A stretch of DNA of 64,000 nucleotides from an uncultured virus (IMG/VR IMGVR_UViG_3300035126_001036) (IMGVR_UViG_3300035126_001036:62001-126000), one strand, 5' to 3'; positions 9,478 to 18,286 are shown, counted from the first letter of the stretch. The notes: generated from the letters alone by a model not told the origin. Made by a program: numbers and translations.

Positions 9478-10025
9478 TGAAAATTGATCTTTCTAAGTTT
9501 GTAGGTCAAGAAGTAGAGGCAACTCTACAATGTGGAGAAAAAATTGTCGGAGTCGTGACTTATGAAATCAGCTATAGAGAAACTGAACTTAATTATAAAG
9601 TTGGACTGAAAATTTTTGATACATTTACTGTTGATGGTTTTTATCAGTCTGATCGTTGCCCATTCTCTCCATGCAACATTATCAAAATTAAACCCATGAA
9701 AAAGTATCAAAAACTAGAGCAACAAGTCGAGGATCTTCAAAAAGAAATTGAACGACTGAAAGAAGAAGAAAAAGAGAATACACTCCCTAAACATTTTATA
9801 CTAGATCATGCCCTGTCATTCTTAGATTGTCCAAATTTTTTGGATCTTGTCAATATGTTTACATGGCATAGTTCACCCCAAGGTCAGGTTTATTGGGAGG
9901 ACCTTTATAGTGAAATGAATAATTATCAATCTGAATCAGGTGACAATCCTGATTATAAAGTACCGGACGAGGCTATTATTCAGATTCAAAAATGGGTGAT
10001 TGAATTTTATAGAAATAAGCTATGA
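9474..10025 (+). CDS. hypothetical protein with central coiled coil
   Basis: 183 aa; KLEQQVEDLQKEIERLKEEE. Confidence 0.65.
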   Translation: MMKIDLSKFVGQEVEATLQCGEKIVGVVTYEISYRETELNYKVGLKIFDTFTVDGFYQSDRCPFSPCNIIKIKPMKKYQKLEQQVEDLQKEIERLKEEEKENTLPKHFILDHALSFLDCPNFLDLVNMFTWHSSPQGQVYWEDLYSEMNNYQSESGDNPDYKVPDEAIIQIQKWVIEFYRNKL

Positions 10026-10132
10026 TAATCTCTCTCTGCTCTTTATAATATGCCAGTCACCAAACTGGCACAAGCGCCAACCTCTGACCACCTTCCTAGA
10101 CTTACAATAGTCTCAGTTCAACCAAACCAGCC

Positions 10133-10618
10133 ATGAAAAAAACCATTAACGGAAAAGAGTACACTATTGGATGGGGCGCCGATCTTCGGAACGCCAATCT
10201 TGTGGGCGCCAATCTTGTGGATGCCGATCTTCAGGACGCCAATCTTCGGTGGGTCAATCTTGTGGGTGCCGATCTTGAGGGCGCCAATCTTCGGTGGGTC
10301 AATCTTGTGGGTGCCGATCTTGAGGGCGCCAATCTTCGGGGAGCCGATCTTCGGGGCGCCTATCTTCGGGACGCCAATCTTGTGTACGCCTATCTTCGGG
10401 GCGCCAATCTTGAGGGCGCCAATCTTGTGGATGCCGATCTTGAGGGTGCCAATCTTGTGGGCGCCAATCTTCGGTACGCCAATCTTGAGGGCGCCAATGT
10501 AAAGAATACAATTCTTGAAAAGAAAGAAGTTCTTGATGATAAGGACAAGAAAATTCAGGAATTAGAAAAAGAACTTAAAGAACTTAAAAACAAAATTAAG
10601 TCCCTTTTGGACACCTGA
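10133..10618 (+). CDS. pentapeptide repeat protein with C-terminal coiled coil
   Basis: About 22 A(D/N)Lxx pentapeptides; 15-bp DNA periodicity 10177-10500. Confidence 0.92.
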   Translation: MKKTINGKEYTIGWGADLRNANLVGANLVDADLQDANLRWVNLVGADLEGANLRWVNLVGADLEGANLRGADLRGAYLRDANLVYAYLRGANLEGANLVDADLEGANLVGANLRYANLEGANVKNTILEKKEVLDDKDKKIQELEKELKELKNKIKSLLDT

Positions 10619-10693
10619 ATAACTGGCACAAGCGCCAGACTCACCAGACTATTCTACCTGCTACAATAACCTCAGTTCAGGGACACCCCTATC

Positions 10694-12166
10694 ATGCAAC
10701 TTTCACCCCAGCAGTCTGTCGCCATTAACGAAGTCGAGAGTGGGAAGGGATCGATTATACTTTCTGCCGTCGCGGGTGCTGGTAAGACAAGCACGCTGAT
10801 TGAAATGTTAAAAGTAACAAAAGGCACCACCGCCTTTTGTGCATTCAATAAGGCAATTGCAAAAGAAATTGAATGTAAAGTAAACCAACAGAATATCAAT
10901 AAAGATGTAAAGGTGGGCACTGTTCATAGTTTCGGTTTTGGTGCTCTTAGAAGGGCCTATTCCAGAATCAGTGTAGACGGAAATAAGTTACAAAATCTGG
11001 CCAGGGAAGAATTTAATAATGAGCACGAAATCCTGCGCCCATTTGTGACATCTGCTGTTGCAATGGCCAAAGAAGTCGGAATCGGTGCATGTATCGACGA
11101 TGATTATAATAATTGGACCCAGATGTTTGATCATTATGATCTGTGGGATAATCTGCCGACCACTGTTTCTGATGATACTGCTGTAGATGCGTGTCAATAT
11201 CTTCTTAGTATCTCTAACCAGATTACAAGTGTGGTGGATTTTGCAGACATGATTTATCTGCCGATTCGCAACAGGCTCAAAATCTGGCAGTACGATTATA
11301 TTTTTCTTGATGAGGCCCAAGATACTAATGCAACTCGCAGGGCATTAGTTAAAATGATGCTTAAAAAGTCTGGTAGGCTTATTGCGGTTGGTGATCCACA
11401 TCAGGCAATTTATGGATTTACGGGCGCCGATTCTAATGCCCTGGATCTAATCAAGAAAGATTTTAATGCAGTTGAGCTGCCTCTTTCTGTGACATTCCGC
11501 TGCCCCAAAAATGTAGTAAAAGAGGCCCAAAAATTTGTTTCGCATATTGAATCTCACCCCGATTCCCCGGATGGAATTGTAGACGAATGTACCCTAAAAG
11601 ATCTCGCCAAACTTGTAATTCAAGAGGATGCAATCATCTGCCGCAATACTAAGCCTCTTGTGGAGGTTGCTTATAATCTTATCCGAAACAAAATTCCTTG
11701 TAAGGTAGAAGGAAGAAAGATCGGTGAAGGTCTAATCAAACTTGCAACAAGGTGGAAGGTAAACACCGTCAAGACCCTGATCAATAAGTTAGAAATTTAT
11801 AAGGAAAAAGAGATTCAAAAGTATAAAGAAAAAGGAAATGATACCAAGTGTCAGGTAATCGAGGATCAGGTAGAAACACTTATGGTCTTTATTGATCAGT
11901 GTGCATTTGATGATCCTATTTCTACTCTAATCAATAAGATTCGGGAATTGTTTGATGATACCGAGAATAAAAAGATTCTTGTATTGTCCACGATTCATAG
12001 GTCCAAAGGTAGGGAATGGAATCGAGTATTCTCCCTGGGAATGAATCATTATTCTCCGTCCAAATGGGCCAAACAGGACTGGGAATTACAACAAGAAGAT
12101 AATCTTCTTTATGTTCAGGTAACTCGCGCAAAGCACCATCTGACCAAGGTTATTGTAGAGGATTGA
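10694..12166 (+). CDS. UvrD/Rep-family SF1 DNA helicase
   Basis: AVAGAGKT (Walker A), DEAQD, VGDPHQAIYGF, STIHRSKGREW, YVQVTRAK. Confidence 0.9.
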   Translation: MQLSPQQSVAINEVESGKGSIILSAVAGAGKTSTLIEMLKVTKGTTAFCAFNKAIAKEIECKVNQQNINKDVKVGTVHSFGFGALRRAYSRISVDGNKLQNLAREEFNNEHEILRPFVTSAVAMAKEVGIGACIDDDYNNWTQMFDHYDLWDNLPTTVSDDTAVDACQYLLSISNQITSVVDFADMIYLPIRNRLKIWQYDYIFLDEAQDTNATRRALVKMMLKKSGRLIAVGDPHQAIYGFTGADSNALDLIKKDFNAVELPLSVTFRCPKNVVKEAQKFVSHIESHPDSPDGIVDECTLKDLAKLVIQEDAIICRNTKPLVEVAYNLIRNKIPCKVEGRKIGEGLIKLATRWKVNTVKTLINKLEIYKEKEIQKYKEKGNDTKCQVIEDQVETLMVFIDQCAFDDPISTLINKIRELFDDTENKKILVLSTIHRSKGREWNRVFSLGMNHYSPSKWAKQDWELQQEDNLLYVQVTRAKHHLTKVIVED

Positions 12167-12279
12167 TTATAAGAGAGATCCCTTCCTTTTTATAATGTGC
12201 CAGTCACCAAACTGGCACAACCACCAGACTCACCAGACCATTCTACCTGCTACAATAACCTCAGTTCACAACCACTCAA

Positions 12280-12564
12280 ATGAACACCCTAGAACTTCGC
12301 CGCCAACGTGTGAGTCAACTGATTAAAGAGGGGAGGGTTATGAATGACACCCTTAGGCGCAAGAACAAAATTAAAGTCGCCCACGAACAAAAAGTAGAAC
12401 AAATGGCCGATGTTATTCTGAGGCAACTGGCCACTAATTCCACACCAATTCGCAAGGTAACACCAATCAAACAAAATGCACCTGAGGCAAATGTTTTCTT
12501 GAAAACAAATGCAAAAACCGATAAACTCGCAATTAAGGCAGCAAAAATTATTCAAGAACTATGA
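12280..12564 (+). CDS. hypothetical basic protein
   Basis: After family-A promoter. Confidence 0.65.
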   Translation: MNTLELRRQRVSQLIKEGRVMNDTLRRKNKIKVAHEQKVEQMADVILRQLATNSTPIRKVTPIKQNAPEANVFLKTNAKTDKLAIKAAKIIQEL

Positions 12565-12880
12565 ATTATTATCCTCCAGATGCAACTGTTCAAATCCGCC
12601 GAACAAGAATTAAAGGCAGTTGCAGATAAGTATGGATTTGATCTTAGATTGGTAGATGATAATAAAGGTACTTGGTATTTCTATCCTGAAATTTATTCTG
12701 TTTGATTATGAAATCTTCCCATGATTTGAAACTCGTTTATATGTTAGACGAGGCAGTTTCTTCAATGAAAAAAGGCGAGGGGATTAGGAGTGGTTTTTAT
12801 TTACGTGCGGCATACAATTATGTTCATGGAATAAACTCTAACGAGGTAGAAATTGCTCTTGAAAATTACTATTCTTGATT

Positions 12881-13108
12881 ATGAACAATTGGATCCCAGT
12901 AAATGTCCAACCACCAATAGATCCTGAATATAATTATGCTGATGAATGGCGATCTGTGGAAGTTATTTTCACTGATGGAAAAGGACAATGGATTGGTTAT
13001 CAGCAAGTTGAACTTGAAATGGGAGCAGATTATTGGATAATGAAAGGTCCTGATGGTTATGACGTTGAAAATGTGACTCATTGGAAAATGTTAGACAGCT
13101 TCCCATAA
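12881..13108 (+). CDS. DUF551-like protein
   Basis: WIPV..PP N-terminus and VTHW C-terminus. Confidence 0.55.
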   Translation: MNNWIPVNVQPPIDPEYNYADEWRSVEVIFTDGKGQWIGYQQVELEMGADYWIMKGPDGYDVENVTHWKMLDSFP

Positions 13109-13143
13109 AAGGGATTCTTTCACTTTTTCTCGATCCCAGACCG

Positions 13144-13722
13144 CTACCCTTCCTCCTGTCGAATCTGATGAAGGATTTTTTTTAAACCTCTCTGATTCGC
13201 GTACATATCCATCAATTCTGTAACCATTTCATCTATAAAGTCAAATTCTTTACCCTGATAGGCTCCTTTTATCACTGCTGCCTTATAAAAAAGTTTCAAT
13301 TCGGCCACTAATTTATCGGATAGGATGGATTCTTTTTCCAGATCATTTATCATTTCCGGTCTGGTGCGTGGCCGCCCCATCTTATGATCCTTTTTAACGC
13401 GGTATTTATCTACGCTTATGATATTTTCCAGTGAATTATCGTAAACATCATCTGATCTGTGAATGAAGTATTTTCTATGATTACTTTTAGGAATAAAAAG
13501 TTTCCCTACCAGTATATGCACGTAAAAGGCTCTTGTTACACCATTCTTTCCACATAGTATAACTTTGTTATAACTGGGACCTATTCCACTCTTAAAAAAT
13601 GCTTTCTTTTTTAGTCCTTTATTTTTCTGTCTGTTGGAATATACATTCCCATGAATATCTACAAAATACCCTGAGAAATCTTCAAGACCTTCTATTTTAG
13701 AGACTTCTTTTAGATTGTTCAT
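13144..13722 (-). CDS. HNH/NUMOD4-like homing endonuclease-related protein (possibly degenerate)
   Basis: YFVDIHGNVYS...YVHILVGKLFIP...IHRSDDVYDNSLENI; AATAAATA late promoter and AGGA RBS upstream on minus strand. Confidence 0.55.
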   Translation of the reverse strand: MNNLKEVSKIEGLEDFSGYFVDIHGNVYSNRQKNKGLKKKAFFKSGIGPSYNKVILCGKNGVTRAFYVHILVGKLFIPKSNHRKYFIHRSDDVYDNSLENIISVDKYRVKKDHKMGRPRTRPEMINDLEKESILSDKLVAELKLFYKAAVIKGAYQGKEFDFIDEMVTELMDMYANQRGLKKILHQIRQEEG

Positions 13723-13844
13723 TGTTATAATTCCTTAACCTAGTTATTTATTTTTATGGCAGTCTAAAATTTGGGCAAATATACGTCCTTACGGCAATTT
13801 TTTAGTATTCGTGTATAATATATTTGTACTATTTGTATTATTTT

Positions 13845-14066
13845 GTAGTATATCTGTATTATTTTGTTTTTATGTAGTAGTATATCTGTATTATTTTATA
13901 TTTTATAATTTAGTCTTTTTTATGTCTGTATTATTTTATATTTTAGTCTTTTTTATGTAGTAGTATATCTGTATTATTTTATATTTTATAATTTAGTCTT
14001 TTTTATGTAGTAGTATATCTGTATTATTTTATATTTTATAATTTAGTCTTTTTTATGTAGTAGTAT
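13845..14066. repeat. AT-rich tandem repeat, 50-bp unit
   Basis: TATGTAGTAGTATATCTGTATTATTTTATATTTTATAATTTAGTCTTTTT at 13871, 13954 and 14004; 33-bp deleted unit at 13921; partial units at both ends. Confidence 0.9.
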
Positions 14067-14487
14067 TGGCCTGCATAAAATACACAACCCACAATTATAT
14101 CATAAAAAACAGAAAAGATCATAAAAAACAGACACTTTCGCAACTGTCCACCACATAAAGATGCTAAATATAATTGTGATAAGAATTGTTTTTTATAATG
14201 AACACCCAGGAATCATTGATTCGGTCACTGTTCTAAACAAAAGACAATTGTTCTCTCTTTATTATAAACCTCTTACATACTCCTACGGGATAAAGTATTA
14301 AAGTTTATAAGAAAGTCGAACATCGTTTATTATACAATAAAATACTAGGTTTGCCCCAGTTTGGATAAAAAATCCAAAAATCTTTAGGGGTATTTGTTGT
14401 ATGTGTCACTTTATGAACTGTCCACTGGTGACCACTGGGACCGGTTCTTATGGGTTACACTGTATGAGTCAACCAAAGGATTCACCA

Positions 14488-14724
14488 ATGGCCCGAGAAA
14501 AGTATATTATCGAGGTTCGTGATCAAGATGGGAAACTTGATTTTGGTTCTCAAGAACTAAGGCGAAAAGAGCATCCTTATTTGTTCTCTAAACCTGAGTT
14601 TACTATTGATGAACTTTGTTATTATGCTTCTTATGGTCAACAAAGAAACAATCCATCCGGCCCTATGCAGTTGGGTCAATTTATGAACCAAATTGGTATT
14701 TCTTATCGGCTAAAAACTTGGTAA
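14488..14724 (+). CDS. hypothetical protein
   Basis: ATG 14488 with AAGGA RBS after promoter at 14402. Confidence 0.65.
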   Translation: MAREKYIIEVRDQDGKLDFGSQELRRKEHPYLFSKPEFTIDELCYYASYGQQRNNPSGPMQLGQFMNQIGISYRLKTW

Positions 14725-14730
14725 GTTAAT

Positions 14731-14762
14731 AAAATTCTTGGGTTATACCCAGGGATTTTTAT
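14731..14762. terminator. intrinsic terminator, probably bidirectional
   Basis: AAAATTCTTGGGT-TAT-ACCCAGGGATTTTT. Confidence 0.6.
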
Positions 14763-14785
14763 TGTTTTTATAAACTTATAAAATT

Positions 14786-14826
14786 GCAGGAGTAGTTTCT
14801 AGTTTTGTATAAACACGCCCCTGCGT
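14786..14826 (-). ncRNA. candidate multicopy sRNA, conserved core copy 1
   Basis: 41-bp conserved element; minus-strand TATACT at 14834-14839. Confidence 0.55.
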
Positions 14827-14956
14827 TGTTTATAGTATAATCTATAAAAACCTTAATCGTGACTGATGGTGTGCCAGTTACATAAGTGTCACAAGGTCCT
14901 GACCAGTCACGCATTATCTCCCTTATAATAAGCTAGTCATTACACCATTATCGTCA

Positions 14957-15166
14957 ATGGAATTTCTTAAATTAACCGATTGGCAAACTCGTGAGCCAGT
15001 TTACCTAGATCCAAATAAAATACTCTTTATTCAGCAAATAGCCGAACATGATGATTATCCTCGACGCACTCGTATAGACATTATTGGCAGTTCCCAGATT
15101 TTTCTTGTTTCGGAAGATGCTGACCAGATAGCTCTTGTTAGTGGTAGGGGGTTTCAGGATATTTAA
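14957..15166 (+). CDS. hypothetical protein
   Basis: After promoter 14870. Confidence 0.65.
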   Translation: MEFLKLTDWQTREPVYLDPNKILFIQQIAEHDDYPRRTRIDIIGSSQIFLVSEDADQIALVSGRGFQDI

Positions 15167-15218
15167 TAAAAACCAATTTCACCACATCTTATAATAAACC
15201 AGTCAACACAAAAACACC

Positions 15219-15419
15219 ATGACTCAAATCACTCTAACCTCTGGTGAAATCCTGGATATTATTTCAGTCTTGTGTGATAAAGAGCAGGCAGTTTATGATA
15301 ATGACCCGCATCTGTCGGCTTATTATCTGAACATGGTTCAACAATTCGAGGCTGTTTATAATAAACTCCAAGAATTGCCTGGTGAAAAAAGAGTTGCAAA
15401 CCTTATTCTGGCTGCCTGA
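15219..15419 (+). CDS. hypothetical protein
   Basis: 66 aa; C-terminus homologous to relic at 3824-3890. Confidence 0.65.
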   Translation: MTQITLTSGEILDIISVLCDKEQAVYDNDPHLSAYYLNMVQQFEAVYNKLQELPGEKRVANLILAA

Positions 15420-15603
15420 ATTATGATTATCATTTACCGTGCTAATCAGTGGGAGTTGTTTCGTGCTCCCAGGATATAAACGAGGCCTGGGAGCTGGCGG
15501 TTAAATTAACTTTGGAATCTGGCGTTCAGCATTACGTTGGGCGGGTCTAAAAATATAAAGGAGAGATTTATTCTCTCTTTTCTTTTTATAATAATAAAAA
15601 ATT

Positions 15604-15644
15604 GCAGGAGTAGTTTCTCGTTTTATGTAATAACGCCCTTGCGC
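15604..15644 (-). ncRNA. candidate multicopy sRNA, core copy 2
   Basis: Conserved element; minus-strand TATAAT at 15666-15671. Confidence 0.55.
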
Positions 15645-15665
15645 TTGTGTGGTTGTCTTAAGACC

Positions 15666-15780
15666 ATTATAACGCCTCTGGCGGGCTCCTAGGGGCCTCT
15701 GGTGGTCAGTATGAGTTATCAGTCCCATAAGCACCGCTGATCATAAAATGCTTGCATAGGGCTTCTAGATGCCGTATTCT
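15666..15780. promoter_or_regulatory. divergent promoter, family B (tandem LysR-type 15-mers)
   Basis: GTCAGTATGAGTTAT 15705 and ATAAGCACCGCTGAT 15727; -10 boxes 33 bp away on each side. Confidence 0.7.
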
Positions 15781-15808
15781 ATGGAAGTCGTCAAGGGAAC
15801 ACCAACCC

Positions 15809-15994
15809 ATGAGCAACCCCTACATCGCCAACGGATTCGCCAACCGCGAGGAGTATCTTGATTCTCTCCGTGAAGAATACGGGGGATTGGTTGATATTCT
15901 CTCGGATCTTCTTGGTCCAGAAGAAGATTTTGACGGACTGGTTACAGATTTGGAAGATGCAATGGATTCTGGAGAGTATGATGATTTGATCTAA
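15809..15994 (+). CDS. small acidic hypothetical protein
   Basis: MSNPYIANGFANREEYLDSLREEYG...EDFDGLV; paralog at 18053. Confidence 0.75.
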   Translation: MSNPYIANGFANREEYLDSLREEYGGLVDILSDLLGPEEDFDGLVTDLEDAMDSGEYDDLI

Positions 15995-16029
15995 AAATTT
16001 GTCCCGTATTCTTTATTCTTTCAAATTCA

Positions 16030-16191
16030 ATGAATACCCTTCTTCTAATTGTCCCAACTACTTTAGATGTTTCATTGTTTGGGGCAAAATCTTTCTTCAC
16101 TGATGGTAAAAAATGCTGGGAGCATTTAATCAATGGTAAAAAAGGTAAACGGATAAACAAACCAGATTGGTATAGTTTACCACTAGATTGA
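16030..16191 (+). CDS. hypothetical protein (53 aa)
   Basis: Read by hand; followed by terminator hairpin 16203-16224. Confidence 0.45.
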   Translation: MNTLLLIVPTTLDVSLFGAKSFFTDGKKCWEHLINGKKGKRINKPDWYSLPLD

Positions 16192-16246
16192 TATAAACAC
16201 TTGAGGGATAATTCCCTCTTTTTTGTTTTTATAATAATATAAAATT

Positions 16247-16287
16247 GCAGGATTAGTGTCTAGTTTTGTATAATCACGCCCCTGCGT
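16247..16287 (-). ncRNA. candidate multicopy sRNA, core copy 3
   Basis: Conserved 41-bp element. Confidence 0.5.
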
Positions 16288-16367
16288 TAGTTAAGTTTTA
16301 GATTAAACATTCAAGGTTTTTCTCCCTTGGTATGAACATAGTCTAGCAGGTTTTTATGGAATTTGGT

Positions 16368-16443
16368 ATTAGGGTTGCTTATCTGTCACATAAAATCCTC
16401 TTATCGTTTAATGGTTGCTAGGGGGTGATGGGTCTGTTATTGT
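16368..16443 (+). promoter_or_regulatory. family B promoter (tandem LysR-type 15-mers)
   Basis: ATTAGGGTTGCTTAT 16368 and ATAAAATCCTCTTAT 16390; TATTGT 33 bp downstream. Confidence 0.65.
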
Positions 16444-16470
16444 ATGGGAGTCGTTAGGCAATCAACCGCC

Positions 16471-16986
16471 ATGACTCGCATCACTGGTTCCCAACTTGTT
16501 GCTCTCGTTGATACTCTCACGGCAGAGGGTAAGACGCGATCCGAGATTTGTCGTGCGGCTGGTTATATTGGACAAAAGGAAGATGGTAGTGAGCGTCTAC
16601 ATTTTACCGCGTTTTATGAGGCCCTAATTGAGGCAAAGGGTGGCCCAGAACAACTGAATAATAATGAAGATGATGAGTGGGATTATACTCATCCAAGTGT
16701 TGATGAAGAATATATGGAAATTTATAATGATTTGTGCGATCAGTATACCCAGCAGGCAGTAGATTTCTTTCTAACGTCTTGGTGTGATGTAGACCTGGAA
16801 GATTTTAGTGATTATTATATTGGTTATTATGATTCCGAGGCAGAATTTGCCGAAGAAATAATGACCGAAGTTTATTGCATAGACATTCCTAGTCAGATTA
16901 TTGTAGATTGGCAGGCAACATGGGATACTAGTTTGCAGTACGATTTCTACTTTATGAGTGGTTATGTGTTCCGGAATTGTATATAA
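16471..16986 (+). CDS. AbrB-like N-terminal domain fused to ArdA-like antirestriction domain
   Basis: ITGSQL...AGY...DGSERLHFTAFYEALIEAKG, then acidic YIGYYDSEAEFAEE..IP..VDWQATW..GYVFR. Confidence 0.7.
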   Translation: MTRITGSQLVALVDTLTAEGKTRSEICRAAGYIGQKEDGSERLHFTAFYEALIEAKGGPEQLNNNEDDEWDYTHPSVDEEYMEIYNDLCDQYTQQAVDFFLTSWCDVDLEDFSDYYIGYYDSEAEFAEEIMTEVYCIDIPSQIIVDWQATWDTSLQYDFYFMSGYVFRNCI

Positions 16987-17069
16987 TATGCCACTCTAAC
17001 AACTGGCACAAGGGGACTGTTTATGGTTCCCTTTCCACCTTATACTAAGCAAGTCAACCGGACACGATC

Positions 17070-17321
17070 ATGCAAACCACCATCCAACACACTGATAACG
17101 AAGGGTCCACCCCGGTTTGGATCACTTGGTTTTCACAATCCGATTGTGATGAGTATAATGAAGCCGAAGGATTGCGTGAAACTTCTGGTGATAATTTGTA
17201 TGAACCAGGTTACTATTGGGTAGTTTGTTCGCCTGGTTGTATTCCTGATTCTGAGTTTTTTGGCCCATTTGTTACAACTGAAGAGGCCGAAGATAATGCT
17301 AATGAGGTATTGAATTATTGA
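17070..17321 (+). CDS. hypothetical acidic protein
   Basis: GYYW..C.PGCIPDS..FGPF motif; after promoter 16987. Confidence 0.7.
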   Translation: MQTTIQHTDNEGSTPVWITWFSQSDCDEYNEAEGLRETSGDNLYEPGYYWVVCSPGCIPDSEFFGPFVTTEEAEDNANEVLNY

Positions 17322-17387
17322 TAATTCGTATAAAAGAGTTAGTTAATTCTGACTCTTTTTTGTTGTTTTTTATAATAATAAAAAAGT

Positions 17388-17428
17388 GCAGGATAAGTGT
17401 CTCGTTTTATGTTATCACGCCCCTGCGT
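17388..17428 (-). ncRNA. candidate multicopy sRNA, core copy 4
   Basis: Conserved element; minus-strand TATACT 17449-17454; terminator 17332-17361. Confidence 0.55.
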
Positions 17429-17570
17429 TAATTTGTTTTGTTGTTTATAGTATAATCCATAAAAACCTTAATCGTGACTGATGGTGTGCCAGTTCCATAA
17501 GTGTCACAAGGCCCTGACCACTAACCCATTCTCTCCCTTATACTAATCCAGTCAACCAGACAATTCTCCA

Positions 17571-17954
17571 ATGGCCACTATCTCTGACAAAATAGCCAAA
17601 CAACTTGAGGAGATTGAAAATAGGGCTTATAAGGAAATTGATGCAATTGCAGAACAATACTTTGAATCAACTGTTGTTCCATTCTGTAAAGAGAATGATC
17701 TAACTTTTGTGGTAGGTATGGGTAAGATATTCTTTTGTAATGAGAAATATGATCTGAGTTTCCATGAGTCTGACGAGATTCCAGATGTTAATGAGGATCT
17801 TTTAGAGCTAGACGAAGATGATCTTTATCCTTGTGAAAAATATGCTTTAGAGCACCCATTGGCCAAGGAAAAACTAAGAGAGATTTTCGATGTTCTTAAC
17901 ATTATAGTTTTCAAGTTTGAGTTTGGTTTTAGTGTTCCTAACTTCCAAGGATAA
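17571..17954 (+). CDS. hypothetical acidic protein
   Basis: After promoter 17485. Confidence 0.7.
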   Translation: MATISDKIAKQLEEIENRAYKEIDAIAEQYFESTVVPFCKENDLTFVVGMGKIFFCNEKYDLSFHESDEIPDVNEDLLELDEDDLYPCEKYALEHPLAKEKLREIFDVLNIIVFKFEFGFSVPNFQG

Positions 17955-18052
17955 TTATTTTAATTGTGCCAGTTGTTTAAGTGGCACAAGGTACGGTGAT
18001 CGTCTGGTTTTTATGGGTTACAGTTGACTAGTCAACCAAGGGAACGCCTCTC

Positions 18053-18252
18053 ATGTCTTGCCCCTATCAGAACAACGGTTTTGCTAATCGTGGGGAGTAT
18101 CTTGATAATTTGCGCGAAGAATATGGTAGCCTAGTTGATGTTCTGACCAACATCTTGCCCCTAGTGAAGATTTTGATGGGCTAGTTACAGAACTGGAAGA
18201 CGCTATGGATTCTGGGGGATATGACGAAAAAGAATTTCTCACCTTGATCTAG
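18053..18252 (+). pseudogene. frameshifted paralog of 15809-15994
   Basis: MSCPYQNNGFANRGEYLDNLREEYGSLVDVLTNILP continues as SEDFDGLVTELEDAMDSGGYD only after a shift at the C-run 18158-18161. Confidence 0.75.
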
Positions 18253-18286
18253 TTAATTTACCAACTTTCCTTCATTCTTTATAGTT

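Larger units (their letters stand above)
113..18024 (+). repeat. Dispersed promoter-cassette repeat, family A: 24-bp palindrome (TGTG[AC]CA or GT[AG]GACA)-N10-(TG[GT]CACA or TGTC[CT]AC), then 28-31 bp, a -10 box and usually AGT(T)CAACC; 21 copies
   Basis: Palindrome starts at 113, 365, 1424, 1915, 2803, 3553, 4417, 5332, 6115, 6870, 8402, 8832, 10049, 10607, 12196, 14128, 14402, 14870, 16987, 17485, 17965. Example: 12196 TGTGCCAGTCACCAAACTGGCACA. -10 boxes (TATACT/TACAAT/TATAAT) at e.g. 1969, 3607, 4471, 5386, 6924, 10103, 14924, 17041, 17539. Confidence 0.92.

Noticed and set aside
10167..10511. Alternative-frame repeat ORFs (10167-10502 +, 10299-10511 -)
   Set aside because: Shadows of the 15-bp periodic pentapeptide coding sequence
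1932..17988. Sigma54 promoters suggested by repeated TGGCAC
   Set aside because: No TTGC at the -12 position; TGGCAC is one arm of a palindrome and alternates with TGTCCAC; sigma70-type -10 boxes follow
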